DNA of 64,000 nucleotides from Gemmatimonadaceae bacterium (GCA_040901985.1 JBBDYC010000017.1:138130-202129), one strand, 5' to 3'. Shown: positions 19,025 to 30,243, counted from the stretch's first letter. Numbers and translations: made by a program. The notes: generated by a model not told the origin, from the letters alone.

Positions 19025-20237
19025 TTTTCGTTTTTTCGTTCTCGAGGTCGGCGACGACAAGGCGGACGGCGATCCCGCCATTGCTCGTCTGCAGGATCTC
19101 ACGGAACGGAAGTGCCGTCGCGGCATCGAGGGCGCGGTCGGCGGAGAGGAGCGCCACGCGCCAGCCGGCGCACCGCTCGCGCGCGACCTGCCCGAAGCGC
19201 GCAAAGAGGTCGCGCAGCGCGGCTGGGTCGCCGACGCGCACGCCGTACGGCGGATTCGCGACCAAGAGCCCCGGCCCCTCCGGCACCTCGAGCGCCGAGA
19301 GCGCGCGCTGCGCGAAGGCAATGTCGGCGGCGACGCCGGCCCGCTCGGCGTTCGCCCGCGCCGCCTCGATCGCGCCCGCATCGCGGTCCGACCCGAGGAT
19401 CGGCGCGGGCGCCGCCGGGAGGATCCGTCGGCGCGCCGTCGCGCGCGCCGCTGCCCAATCGGAGGCGTCGGACTCCGGCCAGCGCTCGGCGGCAAAGCGT
19501 CGCCCGAGTCCCGGGGCAATCCGCCGCGCGCGCGTCGCCGCCTCGATCGCGATCGTCCCGGCGCCACAGAGCGGGTCCACCAGCGGCGTTTGCGTGTCCC
19601 ACTCGACGGCCGCAAGCATCGCCGCGGCGAGTGTCTCCCGCAGCGGCGCGCGCCCGACGGCCTGACGATAGCCGCGGCGGTGCAGCAGCTCGCCCGACGC
19701 GTCGGCGCTGATCGTGCACTGGTCGTGATCGAGACGGATCACGAAGATCTGCGGCGGTTCGGCGGCGGCCGCGGCGGCAATCGGCGACTGGGAATCGTCG
19801 CCCAACTCCGTGTCTTCGTCCCCGTCGGCCGATTCGAGTCGCGCCGCCGGCACGGCGCGCGCGATCGCCGCCCCCACGCGCTCGGCCACCGCATCGGAGT
19901 GATACAGCTTCGACTTGCGGCAGGTCACGCGCAGCCGCACCGCCGCGCCCTCGGCGCAAAAGCGTCCCCATTCCACTCGCCGCGCCTCGCGCTCGAGTTC
20001 GCGGAACGTCGTCGCACGGAAGCTCGCCAGTCGCACGACCACACGGCTCGCGACGCGCAGCGAGAGCTGCGCGCGCGCCAACCCCAGCGCATCACAGCGA
20101 AACGACACGCCGCCCGTCTCCGGCGCGATCCGCGACACGCCGAGCTGTCGGAGTTCGGCGGCGACGAGCGGCTCGAGTCCGGGCGCCGCAACGGCCCAGG
20201 CGTCGTACGGGAGGGCGGCGCGCGCGGTGGACACCAC
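18996..20237 (-). CDS. THUMP-domain class I SAM-dependent RNA methyltransferase, RlmL-like
   Basis: APGLE, SKLYHS, LHRRGYR, APLRETLAA, DPLCGAGT, NPPYG. Confidence 0.88.
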   Translation of the reverse strand: MVSTARAALPYDAWAVAAPGLEPLVAAELRQLGVSRIAPETGGVSFRCDALGLARAQLSLRVASRVVVRLASFRATTFRELEREARRVEWGRFCAEGAAVRLRVTCRKSKLYHSDAVAERVGAAIARAVPAARLESADGDEDTELGDDSQSPIAAAAAAEPPQIFVIRLDHDQCTISADASGELLHRRGYRQAVGRAPLRETLAAAMLAAVEWDTQTPLVDPLCGAGTIAIEAATRARRIAPGLGRRFAAERWPESDASDWAAARATARRRILPAAPAPILGSDRDAGAIEAARANAERAGVAADIAFAQRALSALEVPEGPGLLVANPPYGVRVGDPAALRDLFARFGQVARERCAGWRVALLSADRALDAATALPFREILQTSNGGIAVRLVVADLENEKTKTRTRSRTPG

Positions 20238-20254
20238 CGCAATCTATGGCGCGC

Positions 20255-20947
20255 TCAGCGCGCGGCGGGTGTCGGCGGCGGCGGTGTCGCCGCAACGGCG
20301 GCGCGGCGGCGCGACTCCCGCCACCGCCAGCCGAGCAGCGCCGCGAAGATCAGCGCGAAGACCAGCGGCTCCCGCACGTCGAGCTTCACCGCCATCCAGA
20401 AGTGCACGACCCCGAGCGCGGCGATCACGTAGATCGCCTTGTGCAGCTGCTTCCATCGCTTGCCGAGGCGCGCCATCATCTTCTTCGTTGACGTGACTGC
20501 GAGCGCGCTCAACAGGAGGAACGCCGCCATCCCGATCGTGATGAACGGACGCTTCACGATGTCCGTCCAGATCTCGTCCCACCCGACGAGGTCGTCAATC
20601 ACCACCTGCATGTCGAGCAGCGCCCAAGTCAGGACGTGGAGCACCGCGTAACTGAAGGTGAAGAGCCCGAGCGTCCGGCGGTGCCTGGCGAGCCAGTTCC
20701 ATCCGGTGATCCCCCGCAGTGGCGTCACCGTCAGCGTCAGGACCAGCATCCGCAGCGTCCAGTTGCCGAAGAGGTGCTCGGCCTCCTTGATCGGATCCGA
20801 CCCGAGGTGGCGCGTGCCGCCAACGAAAAAGAGGTCGGAGAGCACGGCGTAGGCGATCCAGGACGCCGGCAACAGCGCGAGGACGAACAGCACGACGCCG
20901 AAACCGCGCGGCTGGTGGTCGAGACCCCCCAGCGGCGAGCGCGCCAT
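20255..20947 (-). CDS. msrQ: Methionine sulfoxide reductase heme-binding subunit
   Basis: RRTLGL, LHVL, KRPFITIG, TST...LGKRWKQLHKAIY, VHF; ATG overlaps the msrP stop. Confidence 0.93.
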   Translation of the reverse strand: MARSPLGGLDHQPRGFGVVLFVLALLPASWIAYAVLSDLFFVGGTRHLGSDPIKEAEHLFGNWTLRMLVLTLTVTPLRGITGWNWLARHRRTLGLFTFSYAVLHVLTWALLDMQVVIDDLVGWDEIWTDIVKRPFITIGMAAFLLLSALAVTSTKKMMARLGKRWKQLHKAIYVIAALGVVHFWMAVKLDVREPLVFALIFAALLGWRWRESRRRAAVAATPPPPTPAAR

Positions 20948-21906
20948 CAGTAGTTGCGGCGGAGATCCAGTCCCGAGTACAGCGACGCCACCTGATCCGC
21001 GTAGCCGTTGAACATCAGTGTCGGCCGGCGGCGGAATTCGCCGATCCGCCGCTCCGTCGCCTGGCTCCACCGCGGGTGGTCCACCGTCGGGTTCACGTTC
21101 GCGTAGAACCCGTACTCGTTTGGCGCGGCAATCGCCCACGCCGTGCGCGGCATCGTCTCCACGAAGCGCATCCGCACGATGCTCTTCACACCCTTGAAGC
21201 CGTACTTCCACGGCACCACGAGGCGGAGCGGCGCGCCGTTCTGGTTCGGAAGATCCTTGCCGTACACGCCCGTGGCGAGGAGCGTCAGCGGGTGCATCGC
21301 CTCGTCGAGCCGCAGGCCCTCGACGTACGGCCACTCAAGGATCGGGAGCCGCTGGCCGGGCATCTGCTGCGGATCGTGGAGCGTCGTCAGCTCCACGAAG
21401 CGCGCCCGCGACGTCGGCTTGGCCCGCGCGATCACGTCGGCCATCGGGATCCCGCGCCAGGGGATGACCATTGACCACGCCTCCACGCACCGCATCCGGT
21501 AAATCCGATCCTCCATCCGCGACGGCTTGAGGAAGTCCTCCAACGCGTAATCGCCGGGCTTCTCGCAGAGGCCCTCCACCTTCACCGTCCACGGCCGCGT
21601 GCGGAAGCTCTGCGCGTTTGCCTTCGGGTCGTCCTTCCCGGTGCCGAACTCGTAGAAGTTGTTGTAGCCGGTGACGTCCACTTCCGGCGTCGGCGTGTCG
21701 TTCGGCTGGAGGCCGTACGGCGTGCCGAGCGATCCCTGCGCCGCGCCCTGTCCCTGCGCGGCCACCGCGTCGTGGGCGTAGAGCAGCCGCGCGCCGACAA
21801 TCCCCGCGCCGAGCACGCCCGCCGCGGCGAGAAACGTGCGTCGGTCGAAGTACGCCGACTCCGGCGTGATCTCGCTGGGCTTCAGCCTGCTGTCGGTGTT
21901 GGCCAT
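20947..21906 (-). CDS. msrP: Methionine sulfoxide reductase catalytic molybdoenzyme subunit
   Basis: Tat signal [53 protein letters not shown]. Confidence 0.97.
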   Translation of the reverse strand: MANTDSRLKPSEITPESAYFDRRTFLAAAGVLGAGIVGARLLYAHDAVAAQGQGAAQGSLGTPYGLQPNDTPTPEVDVTGYNNFYEFGTGKDDPKANAQSFRTRPWTVKVEGLCEKPGDYALEDFLKPSRMEDRIYRMRCVEAWSMVIPWRGIPMADVIARAKPTSRARFVELTTLHDPQQMPGQRLPILEWPYVEGLRLDEAMHPLTLLATGVYGKDLPNQNGAPLRLVVPWKYGFKGVKSIVRMRFVETMPRTAWAIAAPNEYGFYANVNPTVDHPRWSQATERRIGEFRRRPTLMFNGYADQVASLYSGLDLRRNY

Positions 21907-21948
21907 GGGTGTACGAATCGAGGGTGCCGGCAAGCGGTTCCCGTCCGC

Positions 21949-23085
21949 CTATTCTATCGTCTTCGAGAAGCGCCGCACGCTGATCGTCAGCAGGATGACG
22001 GCGAACACGGCCAGCCAGAGCGAGTTCCGCCAGACGTGTTCGATTCCCACGCCCTTGAGCAGGATGCCCCGCAGCACCTGCAGGAAGTACGTCAACGGCA
22101 GGAGCAGACCGACCCACTGCGCCGGCTCCGGCATCGCCGCCCGCGGAAAGATATACCCCGAGAGCAGGATGTTCGGCAGCAGGAAGAAGAAGCTCATCTG
22201 CATCGCCTGCGACTGGCTTCGGGCGAGGGTCGAGATCAGTAGCCCCACGCCGAGACTCGCCACGATGAACGCCGAGGTGAGCAGGTAGAGCAGCACCAGG
22301 CTCCCGCGCAGCGGGATGTCGAAGATCAGCCAGCCGAGGCCGAGCACGACGCTCATCTGGATGTAGCCGACGAGGATGAACGGCACGACCTTGCCGAGCA
22401 TCAGCGAGGTCTTGTCAATCGGCGTGACGATCAGCTGCTCGAGGGTGCCGCGTTCGCGCTCGCGCACGATCGCCGTGCTGGTGATCAGGGTCATCGTCAG
22501 CGTCAGCAGGATGCCGATGACCCCGGGGACGATGAAGACCGCGCTGCGTTGGGCCGGGTTGTACCAGGGCCGCACCCGGAGGTCCACGGGCGGATCCAAG
22601 GGCCCGCCGAGTCGGGCCGCGGTGATCGCCACGCCGCGTGCCTGCGCGGCGAGCTGCGCGCCGGAGAGCGCCGCCCCGGACGACTGCGGATCGGCCGCGT
22701 CCACGATCAACTGCGCACGCGCCGTCGCACCGGCGGCGATCTGCCGCGCGTACTCTGGCGGGATCACCAGCGCCGCGTTGGCGCGACCGCTCTCGATCGC
22801 GTCCTGCATCGCCGCGCGGTCGGGGACCTCGCCGATGATCCGGAAGACGTCGGTGTTCGCCAGCGTCTGGACAAGCAGGCGCGACTCGGTCGTCCGCGAA
22901 TCGTCGAGCACCACCGTCGGCAGGTTGCGCACGTCGGTCTGGATCGCGTAACCGAAGAGGACGAGCTGGATTGCCGGAAAGAGCGTCACCATCCCGAAGG
23001 TCAGCCGGTCGCGCCGCATCTGGATGAACTCCTTCCAGAGCATCGGCCAGAACGGCGAGCGGCGCAGCCGGTGGAGGAGACTCAT
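21949..23085 (-). CDS. ABC-2 type exporter permease, YbhR/S-like
   Basis: KEFIQMRRD, LFGYAI, VPG, REREQ-type RERERGTLEQL, LLSGYIFP. Confidence 0.92.
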   Translation of the reverse strand: MSLLHRLRRSPFWPMLWKEFIQMRRDRLTFGMVTLFPAIQLVLFGYAIQTDVRNLPTVVLDDSRTTESRLLVQTLANTDVFRIIGEVPDRAAMQDAIESGRANAALVIPPEYARQIAAGATARAQLIVDAADPQSSGAALSGAQLAAQARGVAITAARLGGPLDPPVDLRVRPWYNPAQRSAVFIVPGVIGILLTLTMTLITSTAIVRERERGTLEQLIVTPIDKTSLMLGKVVPFILVGYIQMSVVLGLGWLIFDIPLRGSLVLLYLLTSAFIVASLGVGLLISTLARSQSQAMQMSFFFLLPNILLSGYIFPRAAMPEPAQWVGLLLPLTYFLQVLRGILLKGVGIEHVWRNSLWLAVFAVILLTISVRRFSKTIE

Positions 23086-23858
23086 ACGCGCGCCTCGTCG
23101 GCCGCCTGCAGCGCGATGAACACGTCCTCGATCGTCGGCTGGTTGAACTGCGTGGTGATCTCGGCCGGCGTACCGACGCCGATCAGGTGCCCGCGCGAGA
23201 GGAAGGCGAGTCGTTCGCAGCGCTCGGCCTCGTCCATATAGTGCGTGGTCACGAGCACCGTCGTGCCGCCGCGCGCCATGGCGTAGATGGACTCCCAGAA
23301 GGCGCGGCGCGCCGCCGGATCCACGCCCGCCGTCGGCTCGTCGAGAAACAGCATCTCCGGTTGGTGCGCGGTGGCGCACGCGAGTGCGAGGCGTTGCTTC
23401 CAGCCGCCGGAGAGCGTACCGGCCAGCTGGTGCCGTCGCTCGGCGAGCCCGAGGTCCGCCAGGTGCCGCTCGAGCCGCTCACTGCGCGCCTCGCCGTACA
23501 GGCCGTAGATCGTCGAGTAGAAGCGCAGGTTCTCGTCCACCGTCAGGTCGTCATACAGCCCGTAGCGCTGCGACATATAGCCGATCGAGCGGCGAATCTC
23601 CTCCGACTCCGTCGCCACGTCGAACCCGACGACGGTCGCCCCGCCTGCGCTCGGCGGCAGCAGTCCGCAAAGCATCCGGATCGTCGTCGTCTTCCCCGAG
23701 CCGTTCGGGCCGAGCAGGCCGAACACCTCGCCCCGCCGGATCGTGAGGTCGAGGCCTTCGACCGCCGTGATCGGGCCGAAGGTCTTGCGGAGACCGACCG
23801 TCTTGACCGCCGTGGCGCTGGGCGTGGCGCCGGGCGTGGCGCCGGGTGTGGCGGTCAC
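23082..23858 (-). CDS. ABC transporter ATP-binding protein
   Basis: Walker A GPNGSGKT, signature LSGG, FLDEPT, TTH; GTG overlaps the upstream stop; ATPG repeat at the N-terminus. Confidence 0.93.
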   Translation of the reverse strand: MTATPGATPGATPSATAVKTVGLRKTFGPITAVEGLDLTIRRGEVFGLLGPNGSGKTTTIRMLCGLLPPSAGGATVVGFDVATESEEIRRSIGYMSQRYGLYDDLTVDENLRFYSTIYGLYGEARSERLERHLADLGLAERRHQLAGTLSGGWKQRLALACATAHQPEMLFLDEPTAGVDPAARRAFWESIYAMARGGTTVLVTTHYMDEAERCERLAFLSRGHLIGVGTPAEITTQFNQPTIEDVFIALQAADEARV

Positions 23859-24895
23859 GGGGTCGCTGACCCGCCTGGCGCGCCGAGCGCCGCCGGGACA
23901 GTCCGTACCGTCACCGAGAGGCCCGCCTTGAGAAACTCCGTGGTGTCGCGGAACTCGGCGCGCACGGCAAAGAGCAGGTCGGCCCGCTCGCGCTCGGTGA
24001 GTGCCACCCGCGGCGTGTACTCCGCCTGCGTCGCCAGCGCGGCAATCCGCCCCTGCACCGGCCGGTCGGGGAAGGCGTCGAGCGTCGCCGTCACCGCGTC
24101 GCCGACCTGCAGGCGCGGGAGCGCCTCCTGGCCGACGAAGATCCGGACGCGCTGGCGCCCCGTCTCGGCGAGCACCATTGCCCGCGCGCCAGCGGCGAGG
24201 ACCTCGCCCGGCTCGGCGTTGCGGACCAGCACGCGACCGTCCACCGGCGCGATGATTGCCAGGTCGCGCGCTGTCGCTTGCGCCATTCCCAGGGTGGCCT
24301 CGGCGGCGGCCAGCTCGGCGCGCGCAGCGGCGAGGCGCTCGGCGCGCGTGCCGTCGCGCAGGAGCTCGAGCTGCGCGGCCGCGGCATCGCGCCGTGCAGC
24401 CGCCGTTCGTGCCGTGGCCTGCGCGGTCTCCAGTTGCTGGGCCGACGCGAAGTCCTGCCGCGCAAGCGGCGTCAGGCGGGCAACATCGGACGCCGCGCGA
24501 TCGGCGTCGGCACTGAATGCCGCCACCTCGGCCGCGGCCCGCGCGACCTCGGCGGGCAACGGGCCGGCGATTGCTTCCTGCAGGGCCGCCCGTGCTGCGG
24601 CCACGCGCGCCGCACGCTGGCGAAGGTCGGCGGCGAGCGTCGGAAGCTCGAGTACCAGGAGCGTGTCGCCGATGCGGACGCGATCCCCCTCCTCCACCAA
24701 TACACGGGCCACACGCCCGGTGGTGAGAGACGCGAGGTCCACCTCGACAACCTCTAGCACGCCGGTGGCCTCGATGGGACCGTCGGCGGGGCGACCGCAC
24801 GCGGCGAGAGAACCGAGGGCCGCGACGGCGGCGACGGCTGTGACGGCTGTGACGGCAGTGAGAGCGAGCGGCGGGAAGAACGAAGAGCGGCGCAT
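23855..24895 (-). CDS. HlyD family membrane-fusion lipoprotein
   Basis: Lipobox LAAC, GRVARVLVEEGDRV, helical hairpin, APVDG, AEYTPR. Confidence 0.9.
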   Translation of the reverse strand: MRRSSFFPPLALTAVTAVTAVAAVAALGSLAACGRPADGPIEATGVLEVVEVDLASLTTGRVARVLVEEGDRVRIGDTLLVLELPTLAADLRQRAARVAAARAALQEAIAGPLPAEVARAAAEVAAFSADADRAASDVARLTPLARQDFASAQQLETAQATARTAAARRDAAAAQLELLRDGTRAERLAAARAELAAAEATLGMAQATARDLAIIAPVDGRVLVRNAEPGEVLAAGARAMVLAETGRQRVRIFVGQEALPRLQVGDAVTATLDAFPDRPVQGRIAALATQAEYTPRVALTERERADLLFAVRAEFRDTTEFLKAGLSVTVRTVPAALGAPGGSATP

Positions 24896-24897
24896 AA

Positions 24898-25533
24898 TCA
24901 GTCGGTCGGGGAAGGGTGCCTCGGCGGCGCGAGCGCGGCGAGCGTGAAGGCGGCGGCGTGGCGGGCAAAGGCGGCGCCGACGTCCGCCGAGATGGGCTTG
25001 CCGTCGGCAATGAGGAGCTCGACCGCCGGCCGGGCGATCTCGAAGTAGGTCGTCTGCGCGACAAGGGAAATCGCGACGAACCGCGGGTCCAGGTCGTCGC
25101 GAAAGATGCCGGCTTGCTGCCCGGCGCCTATTGCCGCCCGCAGGCGAGCGAAGGTCGTCGCGGCGAGGTGCCGGATGGCGTCCTGCGCGTGCGCCGCGTC
25201 GTGGTCAATCAACTCCCGGCCGACGATCTTGCGGAGGTGCGGCAGCCGCTCGAGCATCTCGTTGTGCTGGGTGGCAAAGCGCTCGATCGCAGCGGCTGGG
25301 CCGTCAGCGCTGGCGAGTACGCTGCTCATCGCGCCGGCCATTCGCGTGATGAGACGCGTGACGACCTCGCCGTAGAGGGCTTCCTTGTCGGCAAAGTAGT
25401 AGTAGAGGAGGGCGGAGTTCACGCCGGCGTCGCCAGCGATCTGCTTGATCGTGGTCGGGACGAACCCCTGGGCGGCGAAGCGGGCTTCCGCGGCGTCGAG
25501 GATGGCTACCTTGGTGTCCGGGAGCGTGGCCAC
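24898..25533 (-). CDS. TetR/AcrR family regulator
   Basis: ILDAAEARFAAQGF..TTIKQIAGDAGVNSALLYYYFADKEAL HTH. Confidence 0.93.
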   Translation of the reverse strand: MATLPDTKVAILDAAEARFAAQGFVPTTIKQIAGDAGVNSALLYYYFADKEALYGEVVTRLITRMAGAMSSVLASADGPAAAIERFATQHNEMLERLPHLRKIVGRELIDHDAAHAQDAIRHLAATTFARLRAAIGAGQQAGIFRDDLDPRFVAISLVAQTTYFEIARPAVELLIADGKPISADVGAAFARHAAAFTLAALAPPRHPSPTD

Positions 25534-25536
25534 CCC

Positions 25537-25560
25537 TGTTAACTAATCGCTCAGTTAACA
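25537..25560. promoter_or_regulatory. Probable TetR operator
   Basis: TGTTAACT-N8-AGTTAACA inverted repeat 3 nt upstream of the tetR GTG, with TTGACT on the minus strand at 25563-25568. Confidence 0.75.
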
Positions 25561-25647
25561 ACAGTCAAGCTGGCTCGGCCGCGGCACCAGAGCATTATTC
25601 GCTTCCCCCGACCCTTCGCACCCCGACCAACCGGACCACCCCGACGC

Positions 25648-26085
25648 ATGCCCAAGCCCAAACAGACCTTCGAGAACCACCGCCGCTGGTTCCCGCTCTA
25701 CCACTTCGTCGTCGGCCCGATCCTCTGGATCTATGCTGCGCATTCGATTGCCCATACTTACCAGGACTTCAACGCCGTCCACGTGATGGAGACGCTCTGG
25801 GTCCTCGCGATTGCGGTCGGGGCAATCGTCGCGCGAATGATGGCGCTCCGCGTACAGAACCGACTCGTCCGGTTGGAGATGCGCCTGCGTCTCCGCGAGC
25901 TCCTCCCCGCTCCCCTCGCCGCGCGGATCCCCGAACTCACGACCCGCCAGCTGATCGGCCTCCGCTTCGCCGGTGACGCCGAGCTCCCGGCGCTGGTAGA
26001 GCGTACGCTGGCCGGGGAGTTTCCCAACACGCGCGCCATCAAGCGCGCCGTGACCGATTGGCAGCCAGACTACATGCGCGTCTGA
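25648..26085 (+). CDS. Conserved membrane protein, DUF6526-like
   Basis: QTFENH...YHF, two TMs, QNRLVRLEMRLR, QLIGLRFA.D.EL, IKRAVTDWQPDYMRV. Confidence 0.75.
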   Translation: MPKPKQTFENHRRWFPLYHFVVGPILWIYAAHSIAHTYQDFNAVHVMETLWVLAIAVGAIVARMMALRVQNRLVRLEMRLRLRELLPAPLAARIPELTTRQLIGLRFAGDAELPALVERTLAGEFPNTRAIKRAVTDWQPDYMRV

Positions 26086-26113
26086 CCCCTATTCACCCTT
26101 GAGGAGCACACCA

Positions 26114-26659
26114 ATGCGCCTTCCCGTGTTCGCCGCCGCCCTCGCCCTTTCACTTTCCGCCCCGCTCGCCGTCACCGCCCAAGGGCTGATGGACGAGATG
26201 CACCGCGACGTCAACCAGGTCCAGCGGAAGGTCATTGACCTCGCCAAGGCGATCCCCGAGTCCGACTTCGACTGGCGCCCGAGCGCCGCCGCCCGCTCCA
26301 TCCGCGAGGTACTCCTGCACATCTCGGCGGACAACTACCTGATCCCGATCTCGATGGGAATGCCCGCGCCCGCCGAGTCGGGCATCAGCGGGACCGACTT
26401 CTCGACGGCGATGACGTACGAGAAGCGCGCGCTCACGAAGGACCAGGTCGTCGCGGACCTCGAGGCCTCGTTCGGCCACCTCCACCGGGCGATGGCGCTC
26501 ACGACCGACGCCAACCTCACCGAGGTGATCAAGTTCTTCGGGCAGGACTGGAGCCGGCAGCGCGCGATGATCCTCACCGTCACGCACCTGCACGAGCACC
26601 TCGGCCAGATGATCGCCTACGCGCGGTCGAACAACGTCGCGCCGCCCTGGAGCCGGTAG
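26114..26659 (+). CDS. Exported DinB family protein
   Basis: GAGGAG RBS before ATG 26114; signal peptide; WRP, LLHI, HLHEHLGQ..AYARSN. Confidence 0.85.
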   Translation: MRLPVFAAALALSLSAPLAVTAQGLMDEMHRDVNQVQRKVIDLAKAIPESDFDWRPSAAARSIREVLLHISADNYLIPISMGMPAPAESGISGTDFSTAMTYEKRALTKDQVVADLEASFGHLHRAMALTTDANLTEVIKFFGQDWSRQRAMILTVTHLHEHLGQMIAYARSNNVAPPWSR

Positions 26660-26673
26660 ACTTCGGCGACGCG

Positions 26674-26723
26674 CGACGCCCGGGAGACGCGCGGGAGACG
26701 CCCGGGAGACGCTGGGCGACGCC
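26674..26723. repeat. Short tandem repeat, about 11 bp unit CGGGAGACGC(N)
   Basis: Three near-perfect and two degenerate copies between convergent stop codons. Confidence 0.8.
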
Positions 26724-27227
26724 CTAGCGGTGGGCGGTCGGCAGCAGGTCGGCGTGCCAGCTTTCGCGCGCCGGCCGCTCGAACCGCGAGCGCAACTCGC
26801 CGACGCTGGTAAGCGTGGTGTCGAAGACCGGCGTCTCGGCGTTCACTTCGCCGGTCGCGGCGAGCTGTTGGAAGTCGGCGCGCGACACAGCGTGCACGAG
26901 GCCGAGCTTGTCGCGGAAGTAGACCGTCCCGCCGCCGACGAGCGATGTCCCGACGCCCTCCTCCGCCTGCTTGAGGAGCCGGAAGAGACCATCAATCGAG
27001 CACCCCGACGCATCGGACGCGCGCTCGTCCACCGCGACGAGGAGAAAGTACTCCTCACGAAAGTCGCGGGCGCAGGTCAACGGGTTGTCGTGCGCCTTCC
27101 ACGACTTGAGGAATCCGTCCACCACGCCGAGGAGGCGCGGGGCGTCCACGTCGTCGAGCGGGGCGCGCGCGCCGAACACCCAGAGGCGGGCATCGTCGGG
27201 CAGCGTATCGAACGGAACGAGAGGCAT
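26724..27227 (-). CDS. Conserved hypothetical protein with SGCSID motif
   Basis: MPLVPFDTLPDDARLWVF...WKAH...ASGCSIDGL...VFDTT...ESWH; host-like codon usage; no Walker motifs. Confidence 0.7.
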   Translation of the reverse strand: MPLVPFDTLPDDARLWVFGARAPLDDVDAPRLLGVVDGFLKSWKAHDNPLTCARDFREEYFLLVAVDERASDASGCSIDGLFRLLKQAEEGVGTSLVGGGTVYFRDKLGLVHAVSRADFQQLAATGEVNAETPVFDTTLTSVGELRSRFERPARESWHADLLPTAHR

Positions 27228-27268
27228 GGCAAGAGGGGCTCGGCGCACGCGACCACCGCGGCGCACCC

Positions 27269-28150
27269 CTACAATCTAAGCTCAACCCGCAACGCCGTCG
27301 CGAGCGTCGGATGGAGGAAGATGAACCCGGCGGCCGTCAGCGCGCGCGGCAACACGCGCTGGCTCGCGAGAATCGTTCCCTGGGCCATCTCCCCATAGAT
27401 CAGCTTCAGGCCGAAGGCCGGCAGCGGCATCAGCGTTGGCCGGTGCAGCAGGCGCCCCAGCGTCTCGGTGAAGACGGCGTTGGTCACCGGCTCCGGCGCC
27501 GTCAGGTTCACCGGTCCAGATAGGCCCGGCGACGCGATGATGAACTGCATCGCGCGCACCCAGTCCTCCCGCGAGATCCAGCTCATCCATTGCGTCCCCG
27601 AACCCAGCGTGCCGCCGAGGCCCGCCTTGAACGGCAGGAGCATCTTGCCGAGCGCGCCACCCTCCGGATTCAGTACAAGTCCCGTCCGGACGGCGACGAC
27701 GCGCATCCCCGCCTCGCGCGCCGGCGCCGCGGCCTCCTCCCACGCGCGGCCGACCTCGGCGAGAAAATCCTCGCCAGTCGCGCTCGACTCATCGAGCACC
27801 TCGCCGCCGCGGCTGCCGTAGATCCCGATCGCCGACGCCGAGAGAAACAGCGCCGGCCGCCGCGGCATCCGCGCACAGGCCTCGGCGAGCTGGCGCGTCC
27901 CCTCGACGCGACTGTCGCGGATCGTGCGCTTGCGCGCCGCGGTCCAGCGCTGCGCAATCGGCGCGCCGGCGAGGTGGATCACCACTTCCGCACCGGCGAG
28001 TGCCGCGTGGTCGAGCGGACCGTGCAGCGGATCCCACCGGACATCGCTGCCCGGTCCGCGCCCGATCCGGATCACCTTCCGGCCGCGCGCCTCGAGCGAC
28101 GCCACGAGCGCCGAACCGAGGAAACCCCGCGCCCCGGTGATCGCGATCAT
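27269..28150 (-). CDS. TIGR01777/YfcH family NAD-dependent epimerase-like protein
   Basis: ITGARGFLG, HLAGAPI, SASAIGIYG, RTGLVL, GSGTQWMSWIS. Confidence 0.92.
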   Translation of the reverse strand: MIAITGARGFLGSALVASLEARGRKVIRIGRGPGSDVRWDPLHGPLDHAALAGAEVVIHLAGAPIAQRWTAARKRTIRDSRVEGTRQLAEACARMPRRPALFLSASAIGIYGSRGGEVLDESSATGEDFLAEVGRAWEEAAAPAREAGMRVVAVRTGLVLNPEGGALGKMLLPFKAGLGGTLGSGTQWMSWISREDWVRAMQFIIASPGLSGPVNLTAPEPVTNAVFTETLGRLLHRPTLMPLPAFGLKLIYGEMAQGTILASQRVLPRALTAAGFIFLHPTLATALRVELRL

Positions 28151-28767
28151 TGGGGCGGATCGTCCACGGCACGCCAGAGATACCACGACGCCACGGTGCG
28201 ATACGGCGCCCATCGCGCACCGATCTTCGCCACCCGCTCGGGGGTCGGGTGCTTGCGAAGTCCATAGAGCCGCTTGATCGCATTCTGCACGCCGAGGTCG
28301 AGCACCGGCAGCACGTCGGGCCGTCCGAGCCGGAACATCAGGAACATCTGCGCCGTCCACTCGCCGATCCCGCGCACCGTCGTCAGCGCGCGGATCACCT
28401 CGTGGTCGTCGTGGTGTTCGAGCCGGTCCATCGGCACCGAGCCGGCGTTCACGTGCCGCGCGAGGTCCTTCAGGTACTCCGCCTTCCGCTCCGACAGGCC
28501 AACTGCGCGAAGCCTGGCGTGCGGCGTCGCCAGCAACTCGTCCGGCGCGGGCGAGCGGCCGCCGTAGAGCGCCTCGAACCGTCCCTGGATGGTGCCGGCG
28601 GCCTTGCCCGAGAGCTGCTGAAAGACGATCGAGCGCGCGATCGCGCCGAAGTGCGTGCCCTGCCGCTCCCGCTGCAGCGCGCACGGGCCTGCCCGTTGGA
28701 TCCACGCGCCGAGCGTGGGGTCCACTGACTGGAGATGCGCGATGGCGCGCGCGTGGCGGGGCGGCAT
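28147..28767 (-). CDS. alkA: DNA-3-methyladenine glycosylase, AlkA/HhH-GPD family
   Basis: SIVFQQLS, VRGIGEWTA, DLGV, WAPYRT. Confidence 0.88.
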   Translation of the reverse strand: MPPRHARAIAHLQSVDPTLGAWIQRAGPCALQRERQGTHFGAIARSIVFQQLSGKAAGTIQGRFEALYGGRSPAPDELLATPHARLRAVGLSERKAEYLKDLARHVNAGSVPMDRLEHHDDHEVIRALTTVRGIGEWTAQMFLMFRLGRPDVLPVLDLGVQNAIKRLYGLRKHPTPERVAKIGARWAPYRTVASWYLWRAVDDPPQ

Positions 28768-28793
28768 TCACCGAAGTTAGCTTCCGGACAGCA

Positions 28794-30155
<1,362 letters not shown>

Positions 30156-30170
30156 CGCCAGTCAAATACT

Positions 30171-30204
30171 GCTCGGCGAAACCTGCCGCTCGGCGAAACT
30201 TGCC
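30171..30204 (+). promoter_or_regulatory. Candidate enhancer (UAS): tandem 17-bp direct repeat
   Basis: GCTCGGCGAAACCTGCC then GCTCGGCGAAACTTGCC, each with GGC...GCC dyad symmetry, 70-100 bp upstream of a -24 box. Confidence 0.65.
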
Positions 30205-30243
30205 TAGTGAACATATGGTTACTACTTCGTATAACTCTTTGTA

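Noticed and set aside
18996..19040. T-rich run at the porin / methyltransferase overlap as a terminator
   Set aside because: No preceding stem; it lies within a 29-bp overlap of convergent 3' ends.
26674..26723. Possible CRISPR array
   Set aside because: Unit is 11 bp with no spacers, and no cas genes are present.
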